DNA of 63,484 nucleotides, filler included, from Stramenopiles sp. TOSAG23-2 (lineage: Eukaryota), in NCBI GenBank assembly GCA_900128395.1. It is 5 parts of 5 records of this genome, joined end to end, with 100 filler letters (N's around TTAATTAATTAA, not from the genome) between each part and the next. Parts side by side here need not be neighbours in the genome. Positions count along the whole stretch, not along the records: positions 25,482 to 38,103 come from LT649843.1; positions 38,204 to 50,822 come from LT649844.1; 3 more parts are not named here. One strand, given 5' to 3'. Position 1 is the first letter of the stretch, and the number at the start of each line of letters is the position of its first letter. The notes beneath the pieces were generated by a model, which was given only the letters and a program-made list of their open reading frames with translations, was not told the DNA's origin and made no database searches. Shown here piece after piece: positions 35,326 to 49,506 of this stretch. The translations under genes and the position numbers were made by a program.

Positions 35326-36414
35326 ATGTCATCTGCATTTATCATATCACAATCATTAAGCAATAAGAAAAATAATAGTAACAACAATAATAATAACAAT
35401 AACAATAATAATAATGAGAAATCATCAAATAATAATAGAAATAATAAAAATAACAATACTACTACTAATACTAGTGCACGAAAAAAAAATAAATATAATA
35501 AACAAGAAGTAAATATTAATAATTTAATTTTTTCAACGTCAATACCGTCAACATCAACACATACAGATGAAAATAAATTATATACGGTCTATAACATACT
35601 TATACGTATTCAAGGATATAAACATATAGTACCAAAACGTTTTTCTGAATTTCAATCATTTAGTGAATTATTAAAATATCATTTTCCAATGGCTCGTTTA
35701 CCAAAATTTCCTTCCAAAGGTGGAATTGGTGGATTTTTGACTCGTATGGATGATTCAACCATTGAAAGCCGTCGACAAAATTTAGAAACATATATAAATG
35801 CTGCTGTTAATAATTTTACAATCTCTCGTTCACACATTTTATATCATTTTTTAGATATTTCAAAAGCTGTGAAAGAAGCAAATAATCAAATCAAATTAGA
35901 AGAGGAAAGACAAGAACGATATTTAAAAGAATTTAAATTATTAGATGCAAGTCTGGCAAGTAATGTTGGACATAATGCTAATATTAATAATAAGAAACAA
36001 TTATCTATGAAATTTCAGAATCGAGGTTCAAATTATAATACATCAATGTACAATTTAGATATGAAAAAATATTTATATTCAACATCTCCATATGCATTAT
36101 CAACATCATATTATATCCCGGATCATGCAAATGGTGGTATGATCCGAGAAGCAGTAAAACGAGGAGACATTGATACTGTAAATAATATATTAAACGAAAA
36201 TTCAAAATTAGCATGTTATATAGATGGTTCAAAGCAATCTATATTGCATTTAGCATGTATTTTTAATCATGTAGACATAGCCATGTTACTAATTTCGAAT
36301 GGTGCTGATCCTGAATATAAAAATTCCAGGGAAGAAACATCATATGATATAGCTAGTGATACATTGACAAATCAAATTAGAGTATTGGTAAAAGAATTAG
36401 ATAAAGACATTTGA
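35326..36414 (+). CDS. PX (Phox) domain plus ankyrin-repeat protein
   Basis: YTVYNILI...VPKRFSEFQSF...LPKFPSK...IESRRQNLETYIN; ankyrin QSILHLACIFNHVDIAMLLISNGADP. Confidence 0.85.
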   Translation: MSSAFIISQSLSNKKNNSNNNNNNNNNNNNEKSSNNNRNNKNNNTTTNTSARKKNKYNKQEVNINNLIFSTSIPSTSTHTDENKLYTVYNILIRIQGYKHIVPKRFSEFQSFSELLKYHFPMARLPKFPSKGGIGGFLTRMDDSTIESRRQNLETYINAAVNNFTISRSHILYHFLDISKAVKEANNQIKLEEERQERYLKEFKLLDASLASNVGHNANINNKKQLSMKFQNRGSNYNTSMYNLDMKKYLYSTSPYALSTSYYIPDHANGGMIREAVKRGDIDTVNNILNENSKLACYIDGSKQSILHLACIFNHVDIAMLLISNGADPEYKNSREETSYDIASDTLTNQIRVLVKELDKDI

Positions 36415-36504
36415 AAAAAAATAAATAGGATTATAAATAAAAAAAAAATAATATTTTTTTATTTTACATTCTAGTTTACTTAAAAGAAAAATAAAGACAT
36501 AGGG

Positions 36505-36948
36505 TCACTTCTTTATTTCACTACGTTTTAAATGTTTCCGCCTTGCTTTTACAAATTCATCTTTTGCAAAAATAATTTTCTCTCCAACATAATGACCACC
36601 AAAACCAACTGTTGACATAATAATTGTACCAAAAACACCAAATCTTGGTCCACCATATGCAGCAAAACTTATAAAACCACTAAAAGCACCGGCTCCAACA
36701 CTATTCCATACATCCCGTTTATTTCTAGCATATGCTAATATTTCCTGCACACCAAAAAAACAACAACTTAACATACCCATATTTGCACCAGTTGACATAG
36801 CATATTTAGGAATCGATTTAGAATTTATTACAGCTTGACACGTTCCACCAAAAACACCTAATGTCGTTCCACCTAATAAACCATATGTCGTAGTACGGCA
36901 TAAACTCCAAAATTCTGGATATTTCTTTTTATCCAATATACTATCCAT
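36505..36948 (-). CDS. Tim17/Tim22/Tim23-family mitochondrial inner-membrane protein
   Basis: Gly-zipper TM helices and RNKRDVWNSVGAGAFSG motif. Confidence 0.8.
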   Translation of the reverse strand: MDSILDKKKYPEFWSLCRTTTYGLLGGTTLGVFGGTCQAVINSKSIPKYAMSTGANMGMLSCCFFGVQEILAYARNKRDVWNSVGAGAFSGFISFAAYGGPRFGVFGTIIMSTVGFGGHYVGEKIIFAKDEFVKARRKHLKRSEIKK

Positions 36949-37632
36949 GTTGATTTATTTACATACACATATACAGTATCTAATACGATGATCTTTTGTT
37001 CTATTAATAATAGTTATCTTTTCCATATATGGGTATTGTTAGTTGTATTGATGAAGAGAGGAGGACTAAATATATATTCTTTTTTCTAATTCAATATTAA
37101 TTTTAAATAATAATAATAATAATAATTTTACCAACTAGCTAGTGCTATACTACGTGCATACCAGGTACAGGTAACTAAAATAACAAAATGCAAAAATCTA
37201 CTATCTCGGAGATTTAAGATCATCGGAGATCAAAATATTTCTCAAGATATTTTTGTAAATATAGTATATTAACAAGTATAAATTGAAAAATATGAATCCA
37301 AAAATTCCCAAAATTATATTTCAAAATTATGTCAAATGTCTAATTAGACGACTCCCAGGACTCATATAACCATTCTTATTATTATAATAATTTTTAATGA
37401 GTATAATGTTCACATTTGTCATAATCATAATACAAAAGAGGACGATAAACATTAATATCAAGACGACAGATATTACTGGTATGATATATGATTAATAAAT
37501 AGAAGTATAATTGGATTGAGAATATATTATCGCATTTAATTGTTAAATAAAAGTGATTATATATAAGAGCTATATTGTATAATATAAATTAAAATATTAT
37601 TACATATATGTAAAAAAAAATTGCATATTATC

Positions 37633-38097
37633 ATGTCATTTTTTTTCTCGCATAATGGTATATTTGATGCCACCTTTGAAGTACCAACATTATTACAAGT
37701 TTACTTTATTATTCATTGTCTATGGACAGGCCTTATGGGTATTCTTTGCACGTATGATCCATCATGGTCTCCTATAACAGAAAATGGAGTGTTCAAAAGA
37801 GGCAAAGATACATTTACTGATCCAAACGTTCGTGGAGCTTGGAATGTTCGTGGAGGAAGCATGTTTATCGTGACTGCTGGAGCTTTGTTCTTTGGGATTC
37901 GTGAGTGTTATTTATTAGCAATGGCAGCAGCTGTATGGAGAGAAGGTTATGATTGTGTAGAACTTCTGAAATTTAAAAAAGGAGGAGATAAAATAGTTTT
38001 CAATTTCTGGAAGAGTCCATTTGGATACCAACCACCTCTAGCACTATTTTTTTTATGTAATGTCTTTGCACTTTGGTGTGTAGTCAAAGCAGCTTAA
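37633..38097 (+). CDS. Small multi-pass membrane protein of unknown function
   Basis: ATG at 37633; about four hydrophobic segments; AWNVRGGSMFIV. Confidence 0.6.
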   Translation: MSFFFSHNGIFDATFEVPTLLQVYFIIHCLWTGLMGILCTYDPSWSPITENGVFKRGKDTFTDPNVRGAWNVRGGSMFIVTAGALFFGIRECYLLAMAAAVWREGYDCVELLKFKKGGDKIVFNFWKSPFGYQPPLALFFLCNVFALWCVVKAA

Positions 38098-38103
38098 TAC
38101 TGG

Positions 38104-38203
38104 NNNNNNNNNNNNNNNNNNNNNNNNNNNNNNNNNNNNNNNNNNNNTTAATTAATTAANNNNNNNNNNNNNNNNNNNNNNNNNNNNNNNNNNNNNNNNN
38201 NNN
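38104..38203. other. Artificial contig-joining linker
   Basis: N44-TTAATTAATTAA-N44. Confidence 0.97.
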
Positions 38204-41200
38204 TGGAAGAATGTATGGAGCGACAAGGTCTTAATGGATTGAAAGAATATTTAAAAATTTTACAAGATCAAATAGCGGTTATAGTAGAAATGGTGCGCGG
38301 TAAAATGACCAAGCAGCAAAGAACTTTGATTCGTGCGCTATGTACTCTAGATGTACATGCTATGAACTCCATTAAGGATATGATACAAAAAGGAATTTCT
38401 CGGCCAGATGCGTTTGAATGGCTGTCACAACTACGGTTTACCTGGGACGACCAACCGGATGACTACAATCGTTATGGCGATGAAGAGGAGCCCCATAATA
38501 TGATTGCAAGGATTTTGAATGCTTCACAAATGTATGGTTACGAATATATAGGCAACCAGGGGCGTTTAGTCGTCACGCCTTTAACAGACCGTTGCTACCG
38601 TACGCTAATGGGTGCAGTCTCTCTTTGTACGGGGGGGCACCTGCAGGGCCAGCGGGGACTGGCAAAACGGAAACTGTAAAAGATTTATCGAAATCGTGTG
38701 CTATTCAGTGTGTAGTTTTAAATTGTTCGCCAGAGTTTGATTACAAAGCAATGGGGAAATTTTTTAAAGGTTTAGCTCAGTCAGGTTCTTGGAGTTGTTT
38801 TGATGAGTTCAATCGCATTATTTTAGAAGTTTTAAGCGTTATCGCTCAGCAGATTCTAACTTTGCAAAAAGCAAAGCGTTCCAGAGTAAAAACTTTTGAA
38901 TTTGAAGGCACTACATTGACATTAAATCCGGATGCAAACGTTTTTATTACCATGAATCCCGGCTATGCAGGAAGGCAAGAGCTACCGGATAACTTAAAAG
39001 CGCTATTTAGGCCATGTGCTATGATGGTCCCTGATTATGCATTAATTGCAGAGGTTATGCTATTTGCCATGGGCTTTAATGATGCGACACCATTAGCGCG
39101 AAAGTTAACACAAGTTTTAAAGCTTAGTAGTGAGCTTCTATCTTCCCAAAAACATTACGATTATGGCATGAGGGCTGTATTTTCTATATTGGTAAGAGCT
39201 GGCAAATTGCTTTTAGATTTAGCTGGCTCATTAGATGAGGCATCTATAGTTTTAAGCGCAATTACGGATGTGAATCTTCCTAAGTTTACGACGAATGACA
39301 TCCCACTTTTTACAGGAATTACAAGCGATTTGTTTCCAGGTTTAAAGCTGCCGGTACCAGATTATGGGTCCTTGATTCCCACAATGCAGCAAGTAAGTCT
39401 AGACTTCGGGTTGCAACCAGTGGACGCATTTATCAAGAGTACGGTTCAACTTTACGAAACGGTTGCAGTGAGACACGGTTTAATGATTGTAGGCCAAGCA
39501 TTCGCTGGCAAAACATCTATTTTGCGTGTTTTGGCAGAATCGTTAAGAAGAATCGATGGGGAAGATTTCCCACCTGATGTAAAAATTCATACAATAAATC
39601 CGAAAAGTGTCGCTTCTACCCAATTGTATGGTGCTTTCGACCCAAACTCGCACGAGTGGGATGATGGTGTATTAGCAATTGTATACAGAAATGCCTCAAA
39701 AGATTTGTCGGGTGTAAAGAATTGGTTAATGTTTGACGGACCAGTCGATACATTATGGATAGAAAGCATGAATACCGTTCTAGACGACAATAAAAAGCTC
39801 TGCCTGACGAGTGGCGAAATTGTGAAAATGAGCCCTTACATGACAATGATGTTCGAACCGCAAGATTTAGATGAAGCCTCGCCAGCTACAGTAAGCCGCG
39901 TTGGTGTTGTATATATGGAGCCAATCCGTTTAGGTTGGGAGCCTTTGCTTACTTCGTGGTTAGACAAATTGCCCCAATCACTCACAAAACATCGTGAATA
40001 TATAAAAACCGTATATGATTGGCTCATGCTTCCTGCAATATTTTACATTAAACAGTACACTAAAATACCCACTCCAATTACGAACATGGAATTGGCAAAC
40101 AACACTATGACATTAATGTCTTGCCTTATTGACGAACCGTTTGTTCAGCGAGACTCGGTGCCAAAAGAAAAAGATCTTCCAAAATATTTAGAAAATATCG
40201 TTGTCATGGCTATTGTTTGGTCAGTTGGTGGTGTCTGTAGCACGACTGGAAGAAAAGTGTTTGACGATTTATTTCGGGAGACTCTTCTAGGGACCATTCG
40301 GCAAGATTCTCGATGGCCATTATTTGTAGCGAAAAATCCTTCATACGATGGAGACTGTCTTCGAGATCGACACGTTATAGATTCAATTCCAGAGTCCGGG
40401 ATGGTCTTTGACTACAACTACAATACTGATAAATGGAAGTGGGAGGGATGGATGAGCAAAAGTGGCAAATATTCTGTTCCCAAAGGTTTGAAATTTGCTG
40501 AAATTATCGTTCCGACTATAGATACAACGCGTAATGAATATCTTGTTAAATTGATGATTTTAAGGGGGAGACATGTTTTGATAACGGGAGAAACGGGCAC
40601 TGGAAAATCCGTTTCTACCATAGAATTGGTTGATGGTAAATTGGATGCGAAAAAATACACTCCAATATTTGTTAATTTTTCAGCTCAAACCACTGCTAAC
40701 CAAACACAAGACATCAANNNNNNNNNNNNNNNNNNNNNNNNNNNNNNNNNNNNNNNNNNNNNNNNNNNNNNNNNNNNNNNNNNNNNNNNNNNNNNNNNNN
40801 NNNNNNNNNCAAACCCAAGACATTATTGATGGCAAATTGGGTAAGAGGCGCAAAGGAGTTTTTGGCCCGCCACCAGGTTTCATTGCAACCGTTTTTGTGG
40901 ATGATTTAAATATGCCAAAAAAAGAAGAATATGGCGCACAACCACCAATAGAAATCTTGCGAGCATGGATGGATCACCAGGGCTGGTATGATCGCATGGA
41001 TCCAACATGGGCCTTCAAAAAAATAATAGATGCGCAATTTGTTTGTGCCATGGGCCCGCCAGGCGGTGGTCGGACTCAAATTACTCAAAGGTATGTAAGG
41101 CATTTTAACATGCTAAATTTTGTACCATTCAACCCCTCATCGTTAAAAACAATTTTTGGTGCTATATGCGATTGGTTCTTATGTGATTTTGGTAGCTCTA

Positions 41201-44200
41201 TAAAAAAAATGGGAGACAATTTAGTCGATGCAACAACGGAATTATATGATTTAGTTGGAGAACAATTACTGCCGACACCGTTGAAAAGTCATTACACCTA
41301 TAATTTGAGGGATCTTTCAAAAGTTTTTCAAGGTATTGCTCAAAGTAATGGTGATTTAATGTCCAACAACGAAGAAATGGTACGGTTATGGGGGCATGAA
41401 TGTAAGCGGGTATTTCAAGATCGGTTGGTCAGCAGTGAAGATAGGGAAAAATTCAACGAAATGTTACGACAAGCTTGCAATGATCATTTGAAGAAAGATT
41501 GGGACAAGGTGAAGGGTCCAGACAGCTTGATTTTTGGCAACTTTATAGATTCAAATATTGACGTAGAGCGGAGAAACTACATAGAATTTACCGATCATTT
41601 CAAGTTACAGGCAGTAGCGAATGACTACTTGGATGATTTCAATAATATGTTTCCAAAGCCAATGCAATTAGTACTTTTCATGAATGCGATTGAACATTGT
41701 GCTAGAATCGCGCGGGTGATTCAACAGCCATATGGTAATGCGTTACTGGTTGGGGTCGGTGGTAGTGGAAGAAAAAGTTTGACGACTTTAGCCGTTTTTA
41801 TGGCTGATATGAAGTTATATGAAATAGAGATTACAAAGGTATATGGGATGAATGAGTGGAGGGAAGATCTTAAGTCAGTTTTACGAATGGCTGGAGAAGC
41901 ATTGAATCCGACCGTCTTCTTATTTAGCGACACCCAGATTAAACGGGAAGACTTTGTAGAAGACATAAATAACATATTAAATACCGGAGAGGTACCAAAT
42001 CTATTTGCAGTGGACGAGCGTAATCAGATTTGCGAAACCTTGAGCAAAGTTGCCGAGGAGCAAGGTGGGTTAAAAGATCCTACTACAGTAGAACTGTTAA
42101 AATTTTTCGTCCAAAAATGCAGAGAAAACTTGCATATTTGTCTCGCTTTCAGTCCTGTTGGTGGTGATTTTCGAACACGGCTAAGAATGTTTCCATCGCT
42201 TATTAATTGCTGTACGATTGATTGGTTTACTGAATGGCCTGACGATGCTCTAAAATCAGTAGCGATGCATTTCTTGGGAGAAGTTAAAATGGAAGAAAGT
42301 GAAAGAGAAGCGGTGGTTGAAACATGTGTGGATATGCAGATGCGAGTTACAAACATGGCGACATTGTATTTGGAGGAATTGCGTCGGTATTACTACGTGA
42401 CACCGACAAGTTATTTGGAGTTGATAAAAACATTTAAAAAGCTAATAGGCAGAAAAAGAAAAGAAGTAGCACAAAGTAGAGATAGATATCAAAATGGATT
42501 GACGAAAATATTAGAAACGGCTGAACAGGTGGCCGGAATGCAGGAGGAGTTAAAGGCTTTGCAACCTAAATTGAAAATAGCACAAAAGGAAACCGCGGAG
42601 AAACTAGTCATAGTCCAAGCCGAAGAAGCGAAAGTCAATGTACAAGTTGAAGCAGTGGACAAAATTGTCCAGGCATGCGATAAAACAAAAAGGGAGGCTG
42701 CTGAAATGAAATCATCTTGTGAAGAAATGCTTGCAGTTGCCATTCCTGCTTTAAAAGCTGCCGAAAAAGCATTGAATTCTTTGACTAAAGGCGATATAAC
42801 AGAAGTCAAGGCAATGAAAAATCCCCCTCACGGAGTGAAAGTAACAATGGAAGCGGTATGTTTGATGTTCCAATTAAAACCAGCACGTGTGAAAGATCCG
42901 GATAACCCCTCCCGTAAAATCAACGATTACTGGCCAGTCGCAAAAAAAGATTTGTTAGGCGATACAAAATTTTTAACGCATTTAATGGATTACGATCGTG
43001 ACAATATTGATCCAGAAATCGTTGAAAAGGTTGGGGTATTTTGTGAAAGGGATGACTTTACGCCTAAGGTTGTCAAAAAAGCGTCCATAGCATGCGCTGG
43101 GTTGTGTCAATGGGTGCATGCAATGATAATGTACGATAAAGTTGCAAAAGAGGTTGAGCCTAAAAGAATTGCATTGGCGAAAGCAACTAAAGAGCTTGCT
43201 GCAGCCGAGGCTGAATTAGCCGAAAAACAAGCCGAGTTAAAAATAGTCCAAGATAATCTTGCTGCATTACAAAAAGAACTGCAAGACACTCTAGATTATA
43301 AAAACAAGCTGGAGAGAGACGTTAAGCAATGCGCTGATCGACTTGAAAGGGCAGAGAAATTAATCAGTGGCTTAGGAGGCGAACGAGACCGATGGCGTCA
43401 ATTTGTTAATGAGTTGTCGGTCCAATATGATAATATAATTGGTGATGTGGTGCTGTCATCTGGTTTAATTGCCTACATGGGATGCTTTGTTAACAGCTAT
43501 CGCGATAAAGCCATAAAAGCATGGTCTAGGATATTAACTGGAAAAAATATCACATGCGCAGAAAATTTTTCGTTGGTACAAACGCTCGGGAAACCTGTTG
43601 ATATTCGTAAATGGACTATCGATAAGTTACCAAATGACCAGTTTTCAATAAGCAACGCCATTATGATAGAAATGTCTGATCGGTGGCCATTAATGATCGA
43701 CCCACAAATGCAGGCTAATAAATGGATCAAGATTATGGAAAAAACAAATAGTTTAAAAATATGCAAGCAGTCACAAAGTACATTTGTACGTACAATTGAA
43801 AACGGCATTCAATTTGGAGTGCCAGTTTTACTAGAAAATGTACCGGAGACAATTGATCCAGTGTTAGAAAGTGTCTTATTGAAGCAAATTGTGAAAGTTG
43901 GAGGTACACCTTCAATAAAAGTTGGAGATACAATGGTACCGTACGAACCTGGTTTTAAACTATATATGACATCGCGTTTACCCAATCCGCATTATCCACC
44001 AGAAACATGCGTCAAAGTGAATCTGCTGAATTTCATGGCTACCGAAGATGGTTTAATGGATCAAATGCTTGGTGTAACAGTGAAGCAGGAACGCCCCGAT
44101 TTAGAGGAGAAATTGGAGAAATTAATTATCGAAGATGCAGAGAATAAAAGACAACTGAAAGAAATTGAAGATAACATTTTGGAGCTGTTAGCGAAAGCTG

Positions 44201-46848
44201 AAGGAAACATATTAGATGATGCGGTATTGATAGAAACATTATCTCAAAGCAAAATTACATCAAACAAAATTGAAAAGGCGGTTGAAGCAGCAATGAAGGT
44301 AAAAGCCACTATAAGTAAAGCGAGGCAAAGTTATGAAGTTGTATCTTTTCGTGTATCACAATTATTTTTTTGCATTGCCGACTTGGCTTCAGTAGATTCG
44401 ATGTATCAATATAGTCTGGAGTGGTATATCAATCTTTTTTTGCTCGCTATCAGCGAGGCTGAAGTATCGAAAAAACTTGATCTCAGATTGCAGTCTTTAA
44501 TTGATACTTTTACAAAAGTTTTGTATACAAACGTTTGTCGCTCATTATTTGAAAAGTCGAAGCTGTTATTTAGCTTCTTAATGTGTACTAAAATCATGGT
44601 AGGGGAAAAGCGTATGCTTAGCACGGACTTAAGATATTTTTTATCTGGGAACACAGCTGTTGATCTAGCAGAACCAAACCCAAATAATTCTGGAAAACAT
44701 TGGTTAGAAAATAAAGCTTGGGGTGATATTTTGGGGTTAGAAGATTGCAACGAGGTATTTAAAGGTGTTGCAGAAGATGTAAAAACTGATCTAAATGCTT
44801 GGCAAAAAATATTTGAAACTAGCGACCCCTTAAATGCTATTGCTTCTCGTTATCCAAAGCTTGAAGCATTTCACCAACTAATGCTTTTGCGGTGTCTGAG
44901 GCCAGATAAAACCGTGCCAGAGCTCACACAATTTATAGCCATTCAAATAGGTTCTGAATTTGTTGATCCACCTTCCTTTAACTTAAAAGTATCATATGAA
45001 GTTTCGACTTGCGAAACTCCTATTATGTTTATTTTGACACCTGGAGCGGATCCTATGACAGTTTTATTGCGTTTAGCAGATGAAATGGAGATGAACGATT
45101 CGAGTAAATTACTGAGCATTTCGTTAGGCCAGGGCCAGGGGCCAAGAGCAGAAGAGGCAATTGCACGAGGGCGGGATAAAGGTTTATGGGTATGCTTACA
45201 AAATTGTGATTTAGGCGAAAGTTGGTTGCCGACGCTTGAGAAAATTTGCGAAGAAATTACAAGCAAAAACACGCATGCTAATTTTAGAATGTGGCTCACG
45301 ACGATGCCATTTCCAAAATTTCCCGTTTCTGTGTTGCAAAACGGGGTTAAGATGACACTGGAACCACCACGTGGAATGAGGCAAAGTTTGCAAGGAAGCT
45401 ATACCATGATTGAACCTGAATGGCTTGAAACAAGTTCAAATCCGAAAGCGCTGAAAAAGTTGGTCTTTGCATTATGCTTCTTTCATGCAACAGTAAGTGA
45501 ACGTAGTAAGTTTGGCCCGTTGGGGTGGAATATTCCATATGATTTTTCTATTCCAGATTTGAGCATATCGTTGGACCAATTGAAATTGTTTGTAGACGAG
45601 TACGAGTTGATACCATATCGGATGTTAAATTATTGTGTTGGCGAATGTAATTATGGCGGAAGGGTGACAGATGATAAAGATCGGCGTGCAATTAAAACGA
45701 TTTTGTCTTACTTTTATACTGAAAATGAAGACATCATGGATGATAATTACCGCTTCTCTCCAAGTGGATTGTTTTACGCCCCACCAGATGGTAACCACGC
45801 GGCAACAATGAAATTTATACGGTCTTTGCCTTTAATTGAAGGGCCAGAATGCTATGGTTTGCATGATAATGCCGCAATTACCAGCGCTATTTTGGAAACA
45901 TCGAAATTACTAGGGACAGCATTAGAACTTCAGCCTAGAACTACCGGTGGCGGTAGTGAAAGTTGGGAAGACCAGCTAGCTCGAGTTGCGGCAGAGGTTG
46001 AGACACGTATGCCAATGCCATTCGATCTAGAAGCAGTAAAAGTAAAATATCCAACAATATTTGAAGATAGTATGAACACAATATTGACACAAGAAACTGA
46101 AAGGTTTGATAAATTGTTAGTTCGAGTGCGCACAACATTAAGAAATGTACAACGGGCTATTGTGGGCGAAGTGCTGATGTCTGAGGATTTAGAGAAAATG
46201 GGTAACAGTCTAACAAATGGTTTAGTCCCTACTCTTTGGTCATCTGTTGCCTACCCATCTCTAAAACCTGTTGGTAGCTGGGTTGCTGATTTCTTGGAAC
46301 GGCTAGATTTTATTAATTTGTGGATTAAAGAGAACAGCCCCGTAGTTTACTGGATCAGTGGTTTCTTCTTTACGCAGTCGTTTTTGACAGGGACTCGGCA
46401 AAACTACGCCCGAGGAACAGGGATTGCTATCGACCTGTTGTCGTATGATTTCCAAGTCGTAACAAAAGGCGAAGAATTGAGGGATAAACCTCGATGTGGA
46501 GCATATATAAAAGGACTTTTTATCCAGGGCGCAAAGTGGGATTCAGAGGCAGATGGTTGCGCAGGAGCAGACGAGTATAATTCAGGAGGTCTTGTTCACA
46601 GTGATCCACGGGTTTTGTTTATGTCAATGCCGCAAATATGGCTAATAGTTGATGAAACGAATAATATTGTAGAGAGACATACGTACTCCACGCCTGTATA
46701 TAAAACCAGTGAAAGAAGAGGAATGCTTTCAACAACAGGTGCCTCGACAAATTTTGTTATGATGATCGATTTACCCATGATGAAGGCAAATACAGAAAAC
46801 GATTGGATTAAAGCCGGTGTGGCAATGTTATGCTCCTTAGATGATTAA
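38204..46848 (+). CDS. Axonemal dynein heavy chain, probably single-headed inner-arm type (5'-truncated; one frameshift, one N gap)
   Basis: P-loops GPAGTGKT, GQAFAGKT, GETGTGKS, GVGGSGRK; CFDEFNR; HYDYGMRA; stalk coiled coil; ends GVAMLCSLDD*. One T missing near 38625; gap at 40718-40809. Confidence 0.95.
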
Positions 46849-47215
46849 GAAGCGTATATGGTAATATCCGTATCAAAAATAAAAATTTATGGTACCATTA
46901 TTACAACAATAAATAGGATTCCAATTCATACATATCAAGGAAGTTGCATTTGGATTTGATCCAAGTAAATATTCAGTATGAACAATATTTTGAAGTGGTG
47001 CTGCCACACTTGTCATAAATATAGAGCATATTGTCTCTAGATTCAATAATATCATTATATATATATATATATATAATACATCTTAATTTTTGTGTTTATT
47101 AATTTTGTTATTTTTAAACTCACACAAAGCTTCGATATAACATAGTTTTATACTCAGAGAGTACATCTCAGGAGATGATTGTAATTGACTATTTTCACTA
47201 TCTTCAATATCATCA

Positions 47216-47791
47216 TTATATATATATATATATATACATCTTATTTTTGTGTTTTATTAATTTTGTTATTTTTAAACTCACACAAAGCTTCGATATAACA
47301 TAGTTTTCGACTATCATACCATTATTCTTAGCCATTCTCGCCATGATTGTTACATTTGATATCTTATGAAACTGACACAATTTTAAGGCTTTGTTCTTTG
47401 TTAATGCTTTTATATCATCTATACTAAGCTCATCAATACTTATACTCACGCCCTTCTTTGTAGTTTCTAATGGTTCCCCAGTATTAATTTCCGATTGTGC
47501 ACCTTTCTTCTATTTTACGAATGTTAATGGATCCACGTAAGTTCTTCCGTTTCCGTGTAGGCAATCCTGCATTCACAAGAAATGCTTCAGTACATTCTTT
47601 GTATACCCATAGACCTATATCATCAAGTTTCTTCACCATCATCACCGCTGATGCCACCCTATTATACACTAGCGCCTCTTCATCTTTTGTAAGTGGTTTC
47701 CCATTTTGACCAGCGTCCCAATTTGATAAACGACGTATCTTCCTTCTTTGATTTACATGTTCTTTTTTTTATACAGCAGCACTTTTTTTAC

Positions 47792-47827
<36 letters not shown>

Positions 47828-48030
47828 CATTATCTTTCATTGCTGGATTGCCAGCATCATTTTACCTTTGTTATTATTATCACTACCTAAACGTAAATCA
47901 TTCATACTCATATATGCATCTTTATCCTGATTAAGTATTCGTGATAACTGCTCATGAAAGTTATCTTTCATATAATCATACCCAAATTTTATTCTTTGTT
48001 GTTTTAATAGGTGGTGCATGTTTCATTTTA
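47216..48030 (-). pseudogene. Fragmented coding sequence with stops and frameshifts
   Basis: Consecutive short ORFs (47837-48019, 47484-47669 extended upstream, 47216-47449) read as one broken protein, including a poly-Asn tract and an in-frame TAA. Confidence 0.4.
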
Positions 48031-48927
48031 AAACGATTCAGGAGTTTGTTTGCATATATATATTTGCATATGTATAAGTTGGTGTATCATATCATAATTT
48101 TTTCATGTATGATATATTATTGTATAAACCTGAAAGGCCCGATGAGGCTGGATGTTACCTTAGGCAGAATGCAGGTTGCTACGCCCTTAATAGGCGTAAC
48201 TATGTGCAAACTGGCTTCCCAGTAACTGGTTAGCCAGTTAGCTACTAGTATGGTGGACGAAAGAGATATTTTTGGCTAATAAACAATACTTTCTACTATT
48301 ATTTCCTCAATATTAATACTTTTCTGATATAAATGAACTATATTTTAGAATTTATAACTCACACGGCTTAAACTCTTCCCAATATATATATATATAATTC
48401 TTTTTACCTTTTTATTGTGATTCTTTGCAACCTTTCTCTCTTCTTTTATCTGTATTCTATTTGTGCAAGTGTATTTTCACATATATATATTAGTTATACA
48501 TTATACGCAATATACTGATACAATTGCATTGATAAAAATACTAGACTTCCTTTCAGTGTTTATTATTTGGACAATTGATATTAGCATAAGAATAGCATGT
48601 AAATCTCATGTCGTTTTTTTTACGCCTACACAGCACTCACTACGATTCAACACTTTTTATTTACGCCGACACAACACTCCGATTCAACCATTTTTAACCT
48701 ACGATTCAAACATTCATTCAACCACGGACTTGATGCCTTGATTTTTGGGCTTGATTATATCTAAATCCTGAGACCTAACCAAAATTCACATACTTAAAGT
48801 TAAAAACATCTTAAAGTTATTTTATTAAACTTAAAGTTAAAGTTAAACAATCTTAAAGTCATTTAAATAAGTTTTATCAATACTCCACCCTACCGCCCAC
48901 ACAAAATACAAAATCTCCATAAACCCA

Positions 48928-49506
48928 TCAACTCAATGATGAATCTACGGAAATACAATTTTTATATGCTTTTAAAATTTGAAGAGACAAAGCCTTCTTA
49001 GTTACACTATCTGCCACTTCCATTTCCAAATACTGTGATAAATCAATCAAGATTGAAAGTTTAAATTTCGTAAGTCGCTTAAAAGTTACAACCTTAGATT
49101 CAAGATGTCGCGCAAAAGGAGAATTTGAATCCAAAGTTGAGAAATTTTTACGATACTGTTCCATAGCAGCAAAACATTCATAACCATCCAAATCTTCTTT
49201 ATCACCATCATCGTGAAGAATATGAAATAAAGCCTCATCATCACCATCTGGAGGTAAGTACTTCTGAACTGTACCAATAGCCGTCAAACCACTTGGATAG
49301 ATCATAGAAACGCGCTCTCCAATAAAACGATGACCATTAAATTGCCAATCATATTCAAAGGAATTAGATACTTCCAAAAGGTCATCATCGGCATATTGTA
49401 AATGGTCAGAATTAAAGTCTTGAAACTCAGAAGTTGAAGGAACATCTTGTTGGGTTGTATCTTGGGTTGACTGCACCAAAGGATGATTTTCCCAATCTTC
49501 AACAAT
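48928..49506 (-). CDS. Tudor-like domain plus C-terminal helix-extension-helix-like segment; terminal exon or TE-derived fragment
   Basis: FIGERVSMIY...GTVQKY...LFHILHDDGDKEDLD resembles PTM/DIR17-type Tudor domains. No upstream ATG; frame opens just after a tttaag acceptor-like site near 49507. Confidence 0.5.
   Translation of the reverse strand: MVEDWENHPLVQSTQDTTQQDVPSTSEFQDFNSDHLQYADDDLLEVSNSFEYDWQFNGHRFIGERVSMIYPSGLTAIGTVQKYLPPDGDDEALFHILHDDGDKEDLDGYECFAAMEQYRKNFSTLDSNSPFARHLESKVVTFKRLTKFKLSILIDLSQYLEMEVADSVTKKALSLQILKAYKNCISVDSSLS

Noticed and set aside
38592-38679. Programmed frameshift in dynein just before the P1 loop
   Set aside because: One missing T in a short T-run (ctt ttg) restores GAVSLLYGGAP; a consensus error is simpler.
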